From: Candidatus Iainarchaeum sp. | GTDB lineage: Archaea; Iainarchaeota; Iainarchaeia; Iainarchaeales; JAZDDZ01 | Length of the DNA: 23,211 nucleotides | Direction of reading: 5' to 3' | Assembly: GCA_043809245.1 (NCBI GenBank) | Contig: JAZDDZ010000020.1 | Span: forward strand, 1-23,211 | In this document: positions 8,720 to 16,566 of the stretch, piece by piece | Numbering within the stretch: position 1 is the first letter of the stretch | Layout of the letters: the number at the start of each line of letters is the position of its first letter | Notes under the pieces: model-generated | The model's input: the letters and a program-made list of their open reading frames with translations, nothing else | What the model was told of the DNA's origin: nothing | Databases searched by the model: none | Translations under genes and position numbers: made by a program

Positions 8720-11479
8720 TTATGAACCGAACTGCAGCACTCCAGCCGAATTCGTGTTTGCGGTTTTGTTTTGCGTTGCCCCTGTTGTCGTGTTCTCTAT
8801 TTTTATTTCGTATGCCTTGCTTGCCTGCAAGCCGTTCACTGCGTGGTTCACTGGGCTTGTCGCATTATACTGGTAAATCAGATTCTGCTGTGTGCAGGAA
8901 TTGATTGTTCCGCCTGCAATTGAAATCGTGCAGGGTGTTGCAATGTTGACTGTGCATTGTATTGCGGGTGTGCAGCTTGTTGTTTGCCAGTTTCCGTTGC
9001 AGCAGTAGCCTGAATTGACTATTCCAGGGCATGCTGATGGATTGGCGGCAATGTATTCTCCTGCTAAGGGGTCTGTGGAAGGAGAATTGGTGTTAGTAGC
9101 GCAATCAGGGTTTGGCGAGCCGGTGCCGCAATAACAGGTGCCAACATTTCCAGGGGTTATTTCCACTCCGTTGAGGCATGGTTCCGGGCCAATGTAATTA
9201 GTGGAGACTTTTACGTCATCAAACCATATTTGTTTTTCTTCTGGTGGAAGCCAGGGTATGCCGGAACTTCCGGCTTGGTTTGTATAGATTATATTATCTC
9301 CAATGGTGAGATTAGTGAAATTATAATTGCTGTTTCTTATAGTTACGCCTTCCTGATGCAATACTTTTTTTCCGTTAATCCAGGAAGTCATTATTCCGTT
9401 GCTTTGCCCGACTGTATTAAGTTTTGCGTATACTTCGATTAAAATCCATTTTCCTGCGCCGTAATCATACCAAGCGGCATCTGGATTGGCGTATGTTGTT
9501 GGATTGCCTCCCTCGGGCCAGATCCTGTAAGTCATGCGCCCCCATACAATGCCGGGAATTAGATGGTTATTTAAAGTGCCGCAACTCGCCCCTGCAGGGC
9601 CTACATTTATTCTCGCTAGTTTCTGCCCGTTTTGGTTTGGCCACCAGCTCCATGTTGGGTCATATTTGGTGTACCACCTGAAATATAATTCGTCATGGGT
9701 TTGGTCTGATAGTGCTGCCCCTACTCCGGCGGCAGGCTGCACTCTTGATTCAATGTTGCCTTCTACGCTGTGGCTGTTGTATCTTCCTTTTGATGATATT
9801 ACTTGTGTGTCTGGCAATCCATATTCGCTCCATTGCTGTGAATAACACCATTTTCCGTTTGAAGCGGAAGAAATGCTTCCATTCGAGGGGCTCCAAAGCA
9901 GGTAACTGTCGTTCGGAACCGCATCATTCCATCCCTCAAAATCATCCTCGAAAATCACTCCCGCGCCCGGCGTGGAACAGCTTTGCGTTTCCACTGGCTT
10001 ATTCGTTGTTGTTCCGCATGCGGCTGAATCGGTACAGGTTCTTGTCTGCGTTCCACCCAAGCACGCGCTCCATGAAGTGCAACTCCAGTTTTCCGTGCAT
10101 GTTGTGGATTGTGTGGTTGCTGAAGAAATGCTTGAATAACCAGACAAATTTCCCGCAGCATCAGTTGCTCTCACCCTATACCTGTAAGTTGTGTTTGCTG
10201 TTAGGCTTGTGTTGTTGTATGTTGTTCCTGTTGGTGTTGCAATTTGTGAAAAGCTCGTGCAGCTTGCGCCTGTACAGCGTTCTAAGCGGTAACCTGTTAC
10301 TCCAATGTTGTCTGTTGAAGCACTCCAAGAAAGATTTATCTGCGTGGAAGAAGCCGCAGTTGCGGCAAGGTTTGTTGGCGTTGAGGGCGGCGTGGTGTCA
10401 CTTGTCCCGTCTGGGCTCCAGACCCCGTTATTGCAGTAACCCGAGTCAACTATTCCCGTGCATGCCGAAAGATTGGGTGTAATGCAGTCTCCTGCTTGGT
10501 TGCCGGATAGACAGGCGTTTGTGTTGGTTGCACAATTTGGGTTTGGCGTTGAAGAACCGCAGTAGCATGTGCCTATGTTTTCCGGTGTGATTTCAGTTCC
10601 GTTCGGGCAGGGCTCGGGGCCAATGTAATCAGTACTTACAACAAAATCATCAATCCACATCTGCTTTTCCTCAGGCGGCAACCATGGCACACCAGGAGTT
10701 CCCCCGACAAAATCGTTGGTGTAAATGATATTGTCGGGAAATACGATTTTATCTAGGTGGACATTGCTTGTCCTTAATTCCCTATTTTCAATATGGAGAA
10801 CTTTCTTCCCGTCAATCCAGGAGGTTAAAACCCCATTGCTCTCCCCTAATGTGTTAAGTTTGATGTAAGTTTCTAATAAAATCCATTTTCCAAAGCCGTA
10901 TTTTTTTGTACAGGAGTCAAGATCCGTCATGCATACTTCCGGGTTGGAATAAATTGTTGGACTTACCGTGCCGCCTATGGCATAAACCATTCTTCCCCCA
11001 GTCCAGAAGGGCTTAGCATATTCTGTCAGCGCACCGCATGCAGTTCCCTCTGGAGTCCATTGTATTCTTGCCAGTTTCTGCCCATTCTGCTCAGGCCACC
11101 AACTCCATGTTTCATCATACTTCATGTACCAGCGAAAATACAGTTCGTCTTTTGTTTTGTCTGGAAGCCAGCCAGTGACACACGCAGCGGGTTGAACTCT
11201 TGACTCAATGTTTCCTACAAAAGCATTGCTGTTTAACCTGCCGCCGCTATCAACTACTTGTGAATCCGGCAAACCATAATCACTCCAATTACACATGCCA
11301 CACCACTCACTTCCCTCAGGCCTACACTGCGAAATGTTGCTGTTTGGGTTGCATAAAACCAATGGGTCATTGGGAACCGTGTCGTGCCACCCCTCAAAGT
11401 TATCCTGAAAAATAATTCCTGCGCTGGCTGATATGGAAATCAACAGCAGCAGTAAAGCCAGCAAAATTATTTTTTTCAT
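8720..11479 (-). CDS. Secreted multidomain surface protein B (~919 aa), paralog of A, with a fibronectin type III domain as its central module
   Basis: Signal MKKIILLALLLLLISISASA. Same duplicated jelly-roll domain, TSP1-like repeat and C-terminal domain as A. FN3 motif DTTPPSTPTNL...LSWSASTDNIGVTGY...YRYRVRATDAAGNLS. AGGTGA overlapping the pdhB stop favours ATG 11479 over GTG 11491. Confidence 0.8.
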   Translation of the reverse strand: MKKIILLALLLLLISISASAGIIFQDNFEGWHDTVPNDPLVLCNPNSNISQCRPEGSEWCGMCNWSDYGLPDSQVVDSGGRLNSNAFVGNIESRVQPAACVTGWLPDKTKDELYFRWYMKYDETWSWWPEQNGQKLARIQWTPEGTACGALTEYAKPFWTGGRMVYAIGGTVSPTIYSNPEVCMTDLDSCTKKYGFGKWILLETYIKLNTLGESNGVLTSWIDGKKVLHIENRELRTSNVHLDKIVFPDNIIYTNDFVGGTPGVPWLPPEEKQMWIDDFVVSTDYIGPEPCPNGTEITPENIGTCYCGSSTPNPNCATNTNACLSGNQAGDCITPNLSACTGIVDSGYCNNGVWSPDGTSDTTPPSTPTNLAATAASSTQINLSWSASTDNIGVTGYRLERCTGASCTSFSQIATPTGTTYNNTSLTANTTYRYRVRATDAAGNLSGYSSISSATTQSTTCTENWSCTSWSACLGGTQTRTCTDSAACGTTTNKPVETQSCSTPGAGVIFEDDFEGWNDAVPNDSYLLWSPSNGSISSASNGKWCYSQQWSEYGLPDTQVISSKGRYNSHSVEGNIESRVQPAAGVGAALSDQTHDELYFRWYTKYDPTWSWWPNQNGQKLARINVGPAGASCGTLNNHLIPGIVWGRMTYRIWPEGGNPTTYANPDAAWYDYGAGKWILIEVYAKLNTVGQSNGIMTSWINGKKVLHQEGVTIRNSNYNFTNLTIGDNIIYTNQAGSSGIPWLPPEEKQIWFDDVKVSTNYIGPEPCLNGVEITPGNVGTCYCGTGSPNPDCATNTNSPSTDPLAGEYIAANPSACPGIVNSGYCCNGNWQTTSCTPAIQCTVNIATPCTISIAGGTINSCTQQNLIYQYNATSPVNHAVNGLQASKAYEIKIENTTTGATQNKTANTNSAGVLQFGS
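8781..8959 (+). repeat. 179-bp direct repeat, copy 2 (3' part of gene B)
   Basis: 178/179 identical to 4265-4443. Confidence 0.95.
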
Positions 11480-11491
11480 TGATTTTTTCAC

Positions 11492-12472
11492 CTAAAAATT
11501 AACCGCCTTTTCAACCGCCCTTTCCACTGCGAACGCATCCGGCAAATAATAATTCTCATTCTTGTACAATGGCATCACAGTGTCAAAGCCAGTAACCCTT
11601 TCAACCGGTGCCTCCAAATACAGCAAAGCCTTTTCATTTATCACTGCAACCACTTCCGCGCCAAAGCCACAGGTGCGCGGCGCCTCATGCAAAACAACCG
11701 CTCTCCCGGTTTTCTTCACCGAAGCCGCAATCGCCTCGTCATCCAATGGGGATAAAGTCCTTAAATCAATTACCTCTGCCCCAATTCCCTTTTTTTCCTT
11801 CAGGTTTTTCGCGGCTTCAAGCGCAATGCGAACCATTGCGCCCCAGCAGAAAATGCTTGCATCCCTTCCATCCCGTGCAACCCTTGCTTTCCCGATTTCT
11901 TCCAAATATTCTTTTTCAGGCACCTCTTCCCTTACCGCGCGGTAAATTTTTTTCGGCTCAAGAAAAATTATTGGATCAGGGGAGCGAATGCTTGAGGCAA
12001 GCAATCCCTTTGCATCAAAAGGAGTTGAAGGAATAACTGTCTTTATGCCGGGCATGTGCGCGAAAAAAGCCTCAGGGCTTTCCGAGTGGTGTTCCGGCGC
12101 ATGAATGCCTCCGGAGTAAGGCGCCCTGATAACCATTGGCGCAGTGAACCTTCCCCTTGACCTTGTGCGAATCCTGCTAATGTGCGAAATTATCTGGTCA
12201 AACGCAGGGTAAATGAAGCCGCTGAACTGAATCTCTGCAACAGGCCTGAATCCCTTTAACGCCAATCCGAATGAAGCGCCAACAATTCCTGACTCGCTTA
12301 ACGGAGTGTCAATTACTCTTTCTGCGCCGAATTTTTTCCACAATCCATCAGTAACCCTGAATACTCCGCCGTTAATGCCCACATCCTCGCCTATCAATAA
12401 AACGTTTTTATCCCTCTCCATTTCCTGTTTCAATGCAAGGTTTATCGCTTCAACCATGTTCAGTTCAGCCAT
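11492..12472 (-). CDS. pdhB: Pyruvate/2-oxoacid dehydrogenase E1 beta subunit
   Basis: GEDVGINGGVFRVT, DTPLSESGIVG, EIQF, EHHSES and DLRTLSPLD motifs. Confidence 0.95.
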   Translation of the reverse strand: MAELNMVEAINLALKQEMERDKNVLLIGEDVGINGGVFRVTDGLWKKFGAERVIDTPLSESGIVGASFGLALKGFRPVAEIQFSGFIYPAFDQIISHISRIRTRSRGRFTAPMVIRAPYSGGIHAPEHHSESPEAFFAHMPGIKTVIPSTPFDAKGLLASSIRSPDPIIFLEPKKIYRAVREEVPEKEYLEEIGKARVARDGRDASIFCWGAMVRIALEAAKNLKEKKGIGAEVIDLRTLSPLDDEAIAASVKKTGRAVVLHEAPRTCGFGAEVVAVINEKALLYLEAPVERVTGFDTVMPLYKNENYYLPDAFAVERAVEKAVNF

Positions 12473-13562
12473 CTTCTTTCACTCTTTCCTTTTCTTCAAT
12501 TCTTTCCATCAATTCCTTTTTTTGTTCCGCAAGCCTTGGCGTAAGTTCGCTGAAAGTGAAATCAAAAAACTCAGTTGGCTTTTGTGCAGGCATTGCCTCA
12601 AACTGCTGAACCGCTTCCTCCACTTTTTTTGCAGCCCATGCCTTAAGCTTTTTTTCCTCTTTTTCGCTCCAGAGCTTTTTTTTCTCCAAGTATTTCCTCA
12701 GCCTTTCAATCGGGTCCTTTTTCTCCCATTCCTTGACCTCTTTTTCCGGGCGGTATCTTTTAGCGTCATCCGCCGTGGTGTGGTCTCCGATGCGATAAGT
12801 TTCCGCCTCAATCAGCGTTGCTCCTTTCCCCTGCCTTGCGTTCTCAAGCGCTTCGCTCACCGCCTTGAAAACCGCAAACACATCATTGCCGTCCACCTGA
12901 ATTCCTTTTATTCCGTAAGCGATTGCCTTCTGCGCAATCGTCTTTGATTCAGTCTGCTTTTTCCTCGGCTCGGAAATAGCCCACTGGTTGTTCTGGCAGA
13001 GGAAAACTGAATTTGTTTTGAATACTCCCGCAAAATTCAATCCCTCGTGGAAGTCGCCTTCGCTTGTCGCGCCGTCCCCGAAAAAAGTGATTGCCGCGGC
13101 TTTTTCTTTCCTCATTTTCATTGCCCAGCCAATTCCCGCGCCGTGAATTATCTGGCTTCCAACCGGAATTGAAGTCGGCAGAACGTTGATGTTTTCCGGG
13201 CAAACAGCGCCCCTTTCATCCCCGCCCCAGTAAGCGTAAAGCAAATGCAGGGGATAACCCAAAGCAAGTGAAACAGAGTTCTCCCTAAAGCTTTGAACCA
13301 CCCAGTCTTTTTTTCCCAAAGCCAGCGCGCTTCCAATCTGTGCTGCCTCCTGGCCCTTGACCGATGCATATGTGCCAATCCTTCCCTGCCTTTGGAGTGA
13401 CAGGGCCTTCTCGTCAAATGCCCTTGCAAGAACCATCAGCCTGTGCATTTCCTTTACTTTTTCTTCCGATAGCTTTGGCTTGAGCTTTTCATCGCATTCG
13501 CCTTTCTCGTTCAAAATCCCGAGCCTTTCAATGGAAAAAACAGCAAGCTTTTTCAAGGGCAT
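12465..13562 (-). CDS. pdhA: Pyruvate/2-oxoacid dehydrogenase E1 alpha subunit
   Basis: LQRQGRIG, TPP-binding GDGATSEGDFHEGLNFA...NNQWAIS and YRIGDHTTADD. ATG 13562 preferred to TTG 13577. Confidence 0.93.
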   Translation of the reverse strand: MPLKKLAVFSIERLGILNEKGECDEKLKPKLSEEKVKEMHRLMVLARAFDEKALSLQRQGRIGTYASVKGQEAAQIGSALALGKKDWVVQSFRENSVSLALGYPLHLLYAYWGGDERGAVCPENINVLPTSIPVGSQIIHGAGIGWAMKMRKEKAAAITFFGDGATSEGDFHEGLNFAGVFKTNSVFLCQNNQWAISEPRKKQTESKTIAQKAIAYGIKGIQVDGNDVFAVFKAVSEALENARQGKGATLIEAETYRIGDHTTADDAKRYRPEKEVKEWEKKDPIERLRKYLEKKKLWSEKEEKKLKAWAAKKVEEAVQQFEAMPAQKPTEFFDFTFSELTPRLAEQKKELMERIEEKERVKEDG

Positions 13563-13619
13563 AAAATCCAATAACAATAGGCATTAGCTGCTTAAAAAAT
13601 TTTGCCTTTGCTTGTTTGC

Positions 13620-14093
13620 CTACTGCGGCTTTCTTGCGCGCAAAACCAGGGCAAAAACACACGCCGCAACCAAAAGCGCGAACGCGGGCGGCATTTCAGG
13701 AATTGAAGGCACTTTGAGTTCGTAAACCGAGAAATACGCCTGGCCCCTTATCCCTGAAGGCCCATTTGCAACAATGCGGTGTACCCCGCGCTCCATAAAA
13801 GCAATTTCAGCCTGTGTAATTAAAGCAGTGCACGTTGATGTTGGAGGCAATTCAATAGAGTCCACTGTAATTTCAAGGTTTCCAGCAGAATCAAATATCT
13901 CAAAAACGCAGCTGAAGGAGCCGGATAATTCAGCGGTTACTGTTGCAGAGGAATCATTGAGGTTTATAGTGTTTGATTTCCCGCTTGGAAAGCCTGTAAC
14001 TGAAATTGACCTGAATGAATCCGCTGCAGCCAAGCCAGTTAATGCAATGAACAACAGGAAAAAAGCCAGCAAGCCCGCTGTTTTCTTGGCCAT
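13620..14093 (-). CDS. Small secreted Ig-like surface protein with PEF-CTERM-like sorting signal
   Basis: N-terminal signal (MAKKTAGLLAFFLLFIALTGLAAA), beta-rich body, C-terminal IPEMP + hydrophobic helix + basic tail (RARKPQ). TTTAAAA about 26 nt upstream of ATG 14093. Confidence 0.7.
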   Translation of the reverse strand: MAKKTAGLLAFFLLFIALTGLAAADSFRSISVTGFPSGKSNTINLNDSSATVTAELSGSFSCVFEIFDSAGNLEITVDSIELPPTSTCTALITQAEIAFMERGVHRIVANGPSGIRGQAYFSVYELKVPSIPEMPPAFALLVAACVFALVLRARKPQ

Positions 14094-14125
14094 TAAAACC
14101 AATACAGAATAGCTCTTTTAAATTA

Positions 14126-15004
14126 TTAAATCTTCCCATCAGCTTCCACGAACAATTCGTGCGCAAGATAACTGCTTCTAACGAAAGGCGCTGAGGCAAC
14201 AGCGGAAAAACCCTTCTTCAAGGCAATTTTTCTCAGTTCCCCAAACCTTTCAGGCGAAACAAATTCCTTTACAGGCAGATTTTTCGCAGAAGGCTGCAGG
14301 TACTGCCCTATCGCCAAAAAATCCACTTCCGCTTCCCTTAAATCATCAAGCGCCTGAAGCAATTGCGCTTTCGTTTCCCCCAAACCCAAGAGAAGCGAGG
14401 ACTTTGTCTTGATTGCGGCATCAATTTCCTTTGCTGTTCGCAAAACATTCAAGGAAGTTTCATAGCTTGCCTTTCCATCCCTCACTTTTCCCGTGAGCTC
14501 CCCCACGGTCTCAATGTTGTGCCCGAACACATCCGGCTTTGCATTCACAACAGTTTCAATGCTTTCCAGTCTTCCCTGAAAATCCGGAACAAGCACCTCT
14601 ACTTTCACATCAGGGCATTCGCTTTTCACTGCTTCAATGCAGCGCGCGAAATGGCCAGCGCCGAAATCATCCAAATCATCGCGGTCAACTGAAGTAATCA
14701 CTGCGTATTTCAAGCCGAATTTTTTAACCGCCTCCGCTAACCTTCGCGGCTCTTCCCCGTCAACCTGATTTCCTTTTTTCGCGCTTTTTGTTGCGCAGAA
14801 ACCGCAATTGCGCGTGCAGACATTGCCCAAAACCAGAAAAGTCGCAGTGCCTTTGTTCCAGCACTCGCTTTTATTCGGGCACCTTGCCTCAACGCAAACC
14901 GAGTGCAGCTTCTTTTCCTCAAGCTCATTGCTTAATTCAAAAAATTTTTCATTCGTTTCAAAACGCTTCTTCAGCCAATCCGGTTTTCGTTCACCCAAAG
15001 CCAA
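14126..15004 (-). CDS. lipA: Lipoyl synthase (radical SAM)
   Basis: CX4CX5C (CVEARCPNKSEC), CX3CX2C (CTRNCGFC), ITSVDRDDL, HNIETV and C-terminal RSSY. Confidence 0.95.
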   Translation of the reverse strand: MALGERKPDWLKKRFETNEKFFELSNELEEKKLHSVCVEARCPNKSECWNKGTATFLVLGNVCTRNCGFCATKSAKKGNQVDGEEPRRLAEAVKKFGLKYAVITSVDRDDLDDFGAGHFARCIEAVKSECPDVKVEVLVPDFQGRLESIETVVNAKPDVFGHNIETVGELTGKVRDGKASYETSLNVLRTAKEIDAAIKTKSSLLLGLGETKAQLLQALDDLREAEVDFLAIGQYLQPSAKNLPVKEFVSPERFGELRKIALKKGFSAVASAPFVRSSYLAHELFVEADGKI

Positions 15005-15074
15005 TTGAACCGCCTTTTTAAATGAAGGAAAGTGTGAAATGCTTTTAAACGGGAAAGCGGTTAATTTTTCTGCG

Positions 15075-15617
15075 ATGAATTATTTATCCAAGAAAGTAGC
15101 AGAGGCGCTCTCAACCTTAATTGATGTTTCATTCAATGTGCTTCTTGAAAGAGGCACAGGGGAAAGAATTCCTGCTGGCTTTAAGGGAAATATCTCCATT
15201 TTTAAAAAATTTATTCAAGGGCAGGGTTTAGCGGTTCCCGAGCCTTTGGATTTTATATTTATTGTTGATTCCCTTGCGAGAATACAAAGGAAAAAAAGAA
15301 TAGCCATTTTTTCCAGAAGCCAGATGTCTATTTACACTGGAAACAAAAAAAGGCTTGGCGAAATCAGAAGCCTCCTGCACAGGATTAGAAAAAACGCGCG
15401 GCTTCACCCCAAATCACCCACTCATCCTGAAAAAGCAAGCAGGCGCAAGAAAAGAGGGTCTTTTCGCCGCTCTTCGCCAGGTAACCTCCGCCCCTGGCAG
15501 CGGCAGCTTGCATTGGAACAGCGGCTGAACAATGCAATAAAAGGCTCTTCAAATCGGGAGGCAGGAATTATTTCACACTATCTTGAAAACTTGAGGAAAC
15601 GCTGGCCGAAAAAATAA
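15075..15617 (+). CDS. Hypothetical, strongly basic protein
   Basis: Long ORF filling the gap, with TTTTAAA (15043-15049) about 26 nt before ATG 15075 and a T-rich tract after the stop. No recognisable motif. Confidence 0.6.
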   Translation: MNYLSKKVAEALSTLIDVSFNVLLERGTGERIPAGFKGNISIFKKFIQGQGLAVPEPLDFIFIVDSLARIQRKKRIAIFSRSQMSIYTGNKKRLGEIRSLLHRIRKNARLHPKSPTHPEKASRRKKRGSFRRSSPGNLRPWQRQLALEQRLNNAIKGSSNREAGIISHYLENLRKRWPKK

Positions 15618-15671
15618 TTTTTTCCCTTTTTCAAACATAGCTTTAAAAAAAGTTTCACGTTTCATTGATGC

Positions 15672-15995
15672 ATGGCCTTGAGTTCTTCCATTCTTTACGC
15701 CGCGAGGCGCAACACGCCTCCTGCAAAGGCATTTGACCCAAAAAAGCCAATCAATAACCTGATTGACGCTTCAGGAGGAGCCGAGGCGGTTAATGCCGCA
15801 GGCGTGGGCGCAAGCGCAAGTGCAGGCTTAGGCGCCGGGGTTAGCGGCAACGGCGGGGAAAAGGCTTTTAGCGGGGTTAAATGGGAAGATTGCGCCCACC
15901 TGAACAAAAAAGGCGACAGGGCCTACTGCAAGGCATTCGTGAGCTATTGTGCTGGGGACAAATGCAAGCCCAAATTTAGGAAAGCCAAGGCTTAA
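15672..15995 (+). CDS. Hypothetical protein with Gly/Ala linker and C-terminal four-Cys motif
   Basis: TATA-like CTTTAAAAAA at 15641-15650. C-terminal CX11CX6CX4C. Ends 9 nt before the FMN reductase start. Confidence 0.65.
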   Translation: MALSSSILYAARRNTPPAKAFDPKKPINNLIDASGGAEAVNAAGVGASASAGLGAGVSGNGGEKAFSGVKWEDCAHLNKKGDRAYCKAFVSYCAGDKCKPKFRKAKA

Positions 15996-16004
15996 CGTGT
16001 TTTT

Positions 16005-16565
16005 ATGGCTGGAGCTGGCTTAAAGCTGCTTGGCCTTTGCGGCAGTTTAAGAAGAGGCTCTTACAACAAAAAACTGTTAAACATTGCAGCTGACCTTGCG
16101 GAAGAGCAGGGGGCGTTTGTTGAAACCTTTGGCCTTTCAGCAATTCCATTATACAACGAGGATGTAAAAGAAAAAGGCTTTCCCGATATAGTTAAGCAGT
16201 TCAGGCAAAAAATAGCTTCAAGCGACGGCCTGCTGATTGCATCCCCGGAATACAATTTTTCTTTCACCGGTGTTTTAAAGAACGCAATTGACTGGGCTTC
16301 AAGGCCCCCGGAGCAGCCATTCAGCGGAAAATGCGCCGCGATTTTCGGCGCATCGGACGGCGGTTTCGGCTCTGTGAGGGGGCAACTGCATTTAAGGCAG
16401 GTGCTGATGTCAGTTAACATTTCAGCTGTAAACTATCCTCAGGTGCACATCGCCAATGCGGATGACGCGTTCGATGAAAAAGGAAAATTAAAGGACGAGA
16501 AAAAAAGTGAGCAATTGGGAAAGCTTGTTGCCGCGCTGTTGAAGGCGATTGAAAAAAATAAGTGA
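16005..16565 (+). CDS. NAD(P)H-dependent FMN reductase (ChrR/SsuE-like flavodoxin fold)
   Basis: GSLRRGSYN and SPEYNFSFTGVLKNAIDWASR motifs. Confidence 0.92.
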   Translation: MAGAGLKLLGLCGSLRRGSYNKKLLNIAADLAEEQGAFVETFGLSAIPLYNEDVKEKGFPDIVKQFRQKIASSDGLLIASPEYNFSFTGVLKNAIDWASRPPEQPFSGKCAAIFGASDGGFGSVRGQLHLRQVLMSVNISAVNYPQVHIANADDAFDEKGKLKDEKKSEQLGKLVAALLKAIEKNK

Positions 16566-16566
16566 T

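Noticed and set aside
4204-9030. Diversity-generating retroelement (TR/VR pair) at the 3' ends of genes A and B
   Set aside because: Both copies lie inside intact coding ends, the differences are not adenine-specific, the core is almost invariant, and no reverse transcriptase is in the window.
9712-10482. 256-aa plus-strand ORF, and other antisense ORFs such as 1882-2379, 12306-12947 and 21754-22326
   Set aside because: They lie opposite well-supported genes and carry no recognisable motifs, so they are treated as shadow ORFs.
4114-11491. Provirus or integrative element
   Set aside because: No integrase, capsid, terminase or replication genes and no att-like direct repeat at the block edges.
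11495-15068. GCGGTTAATTTT shared by the pdhB 3' end and the region near 15057-15068
   Set aside because: A 12-nt AT-rich match in opposite orientations with no matching boundary logic, most likely chance.
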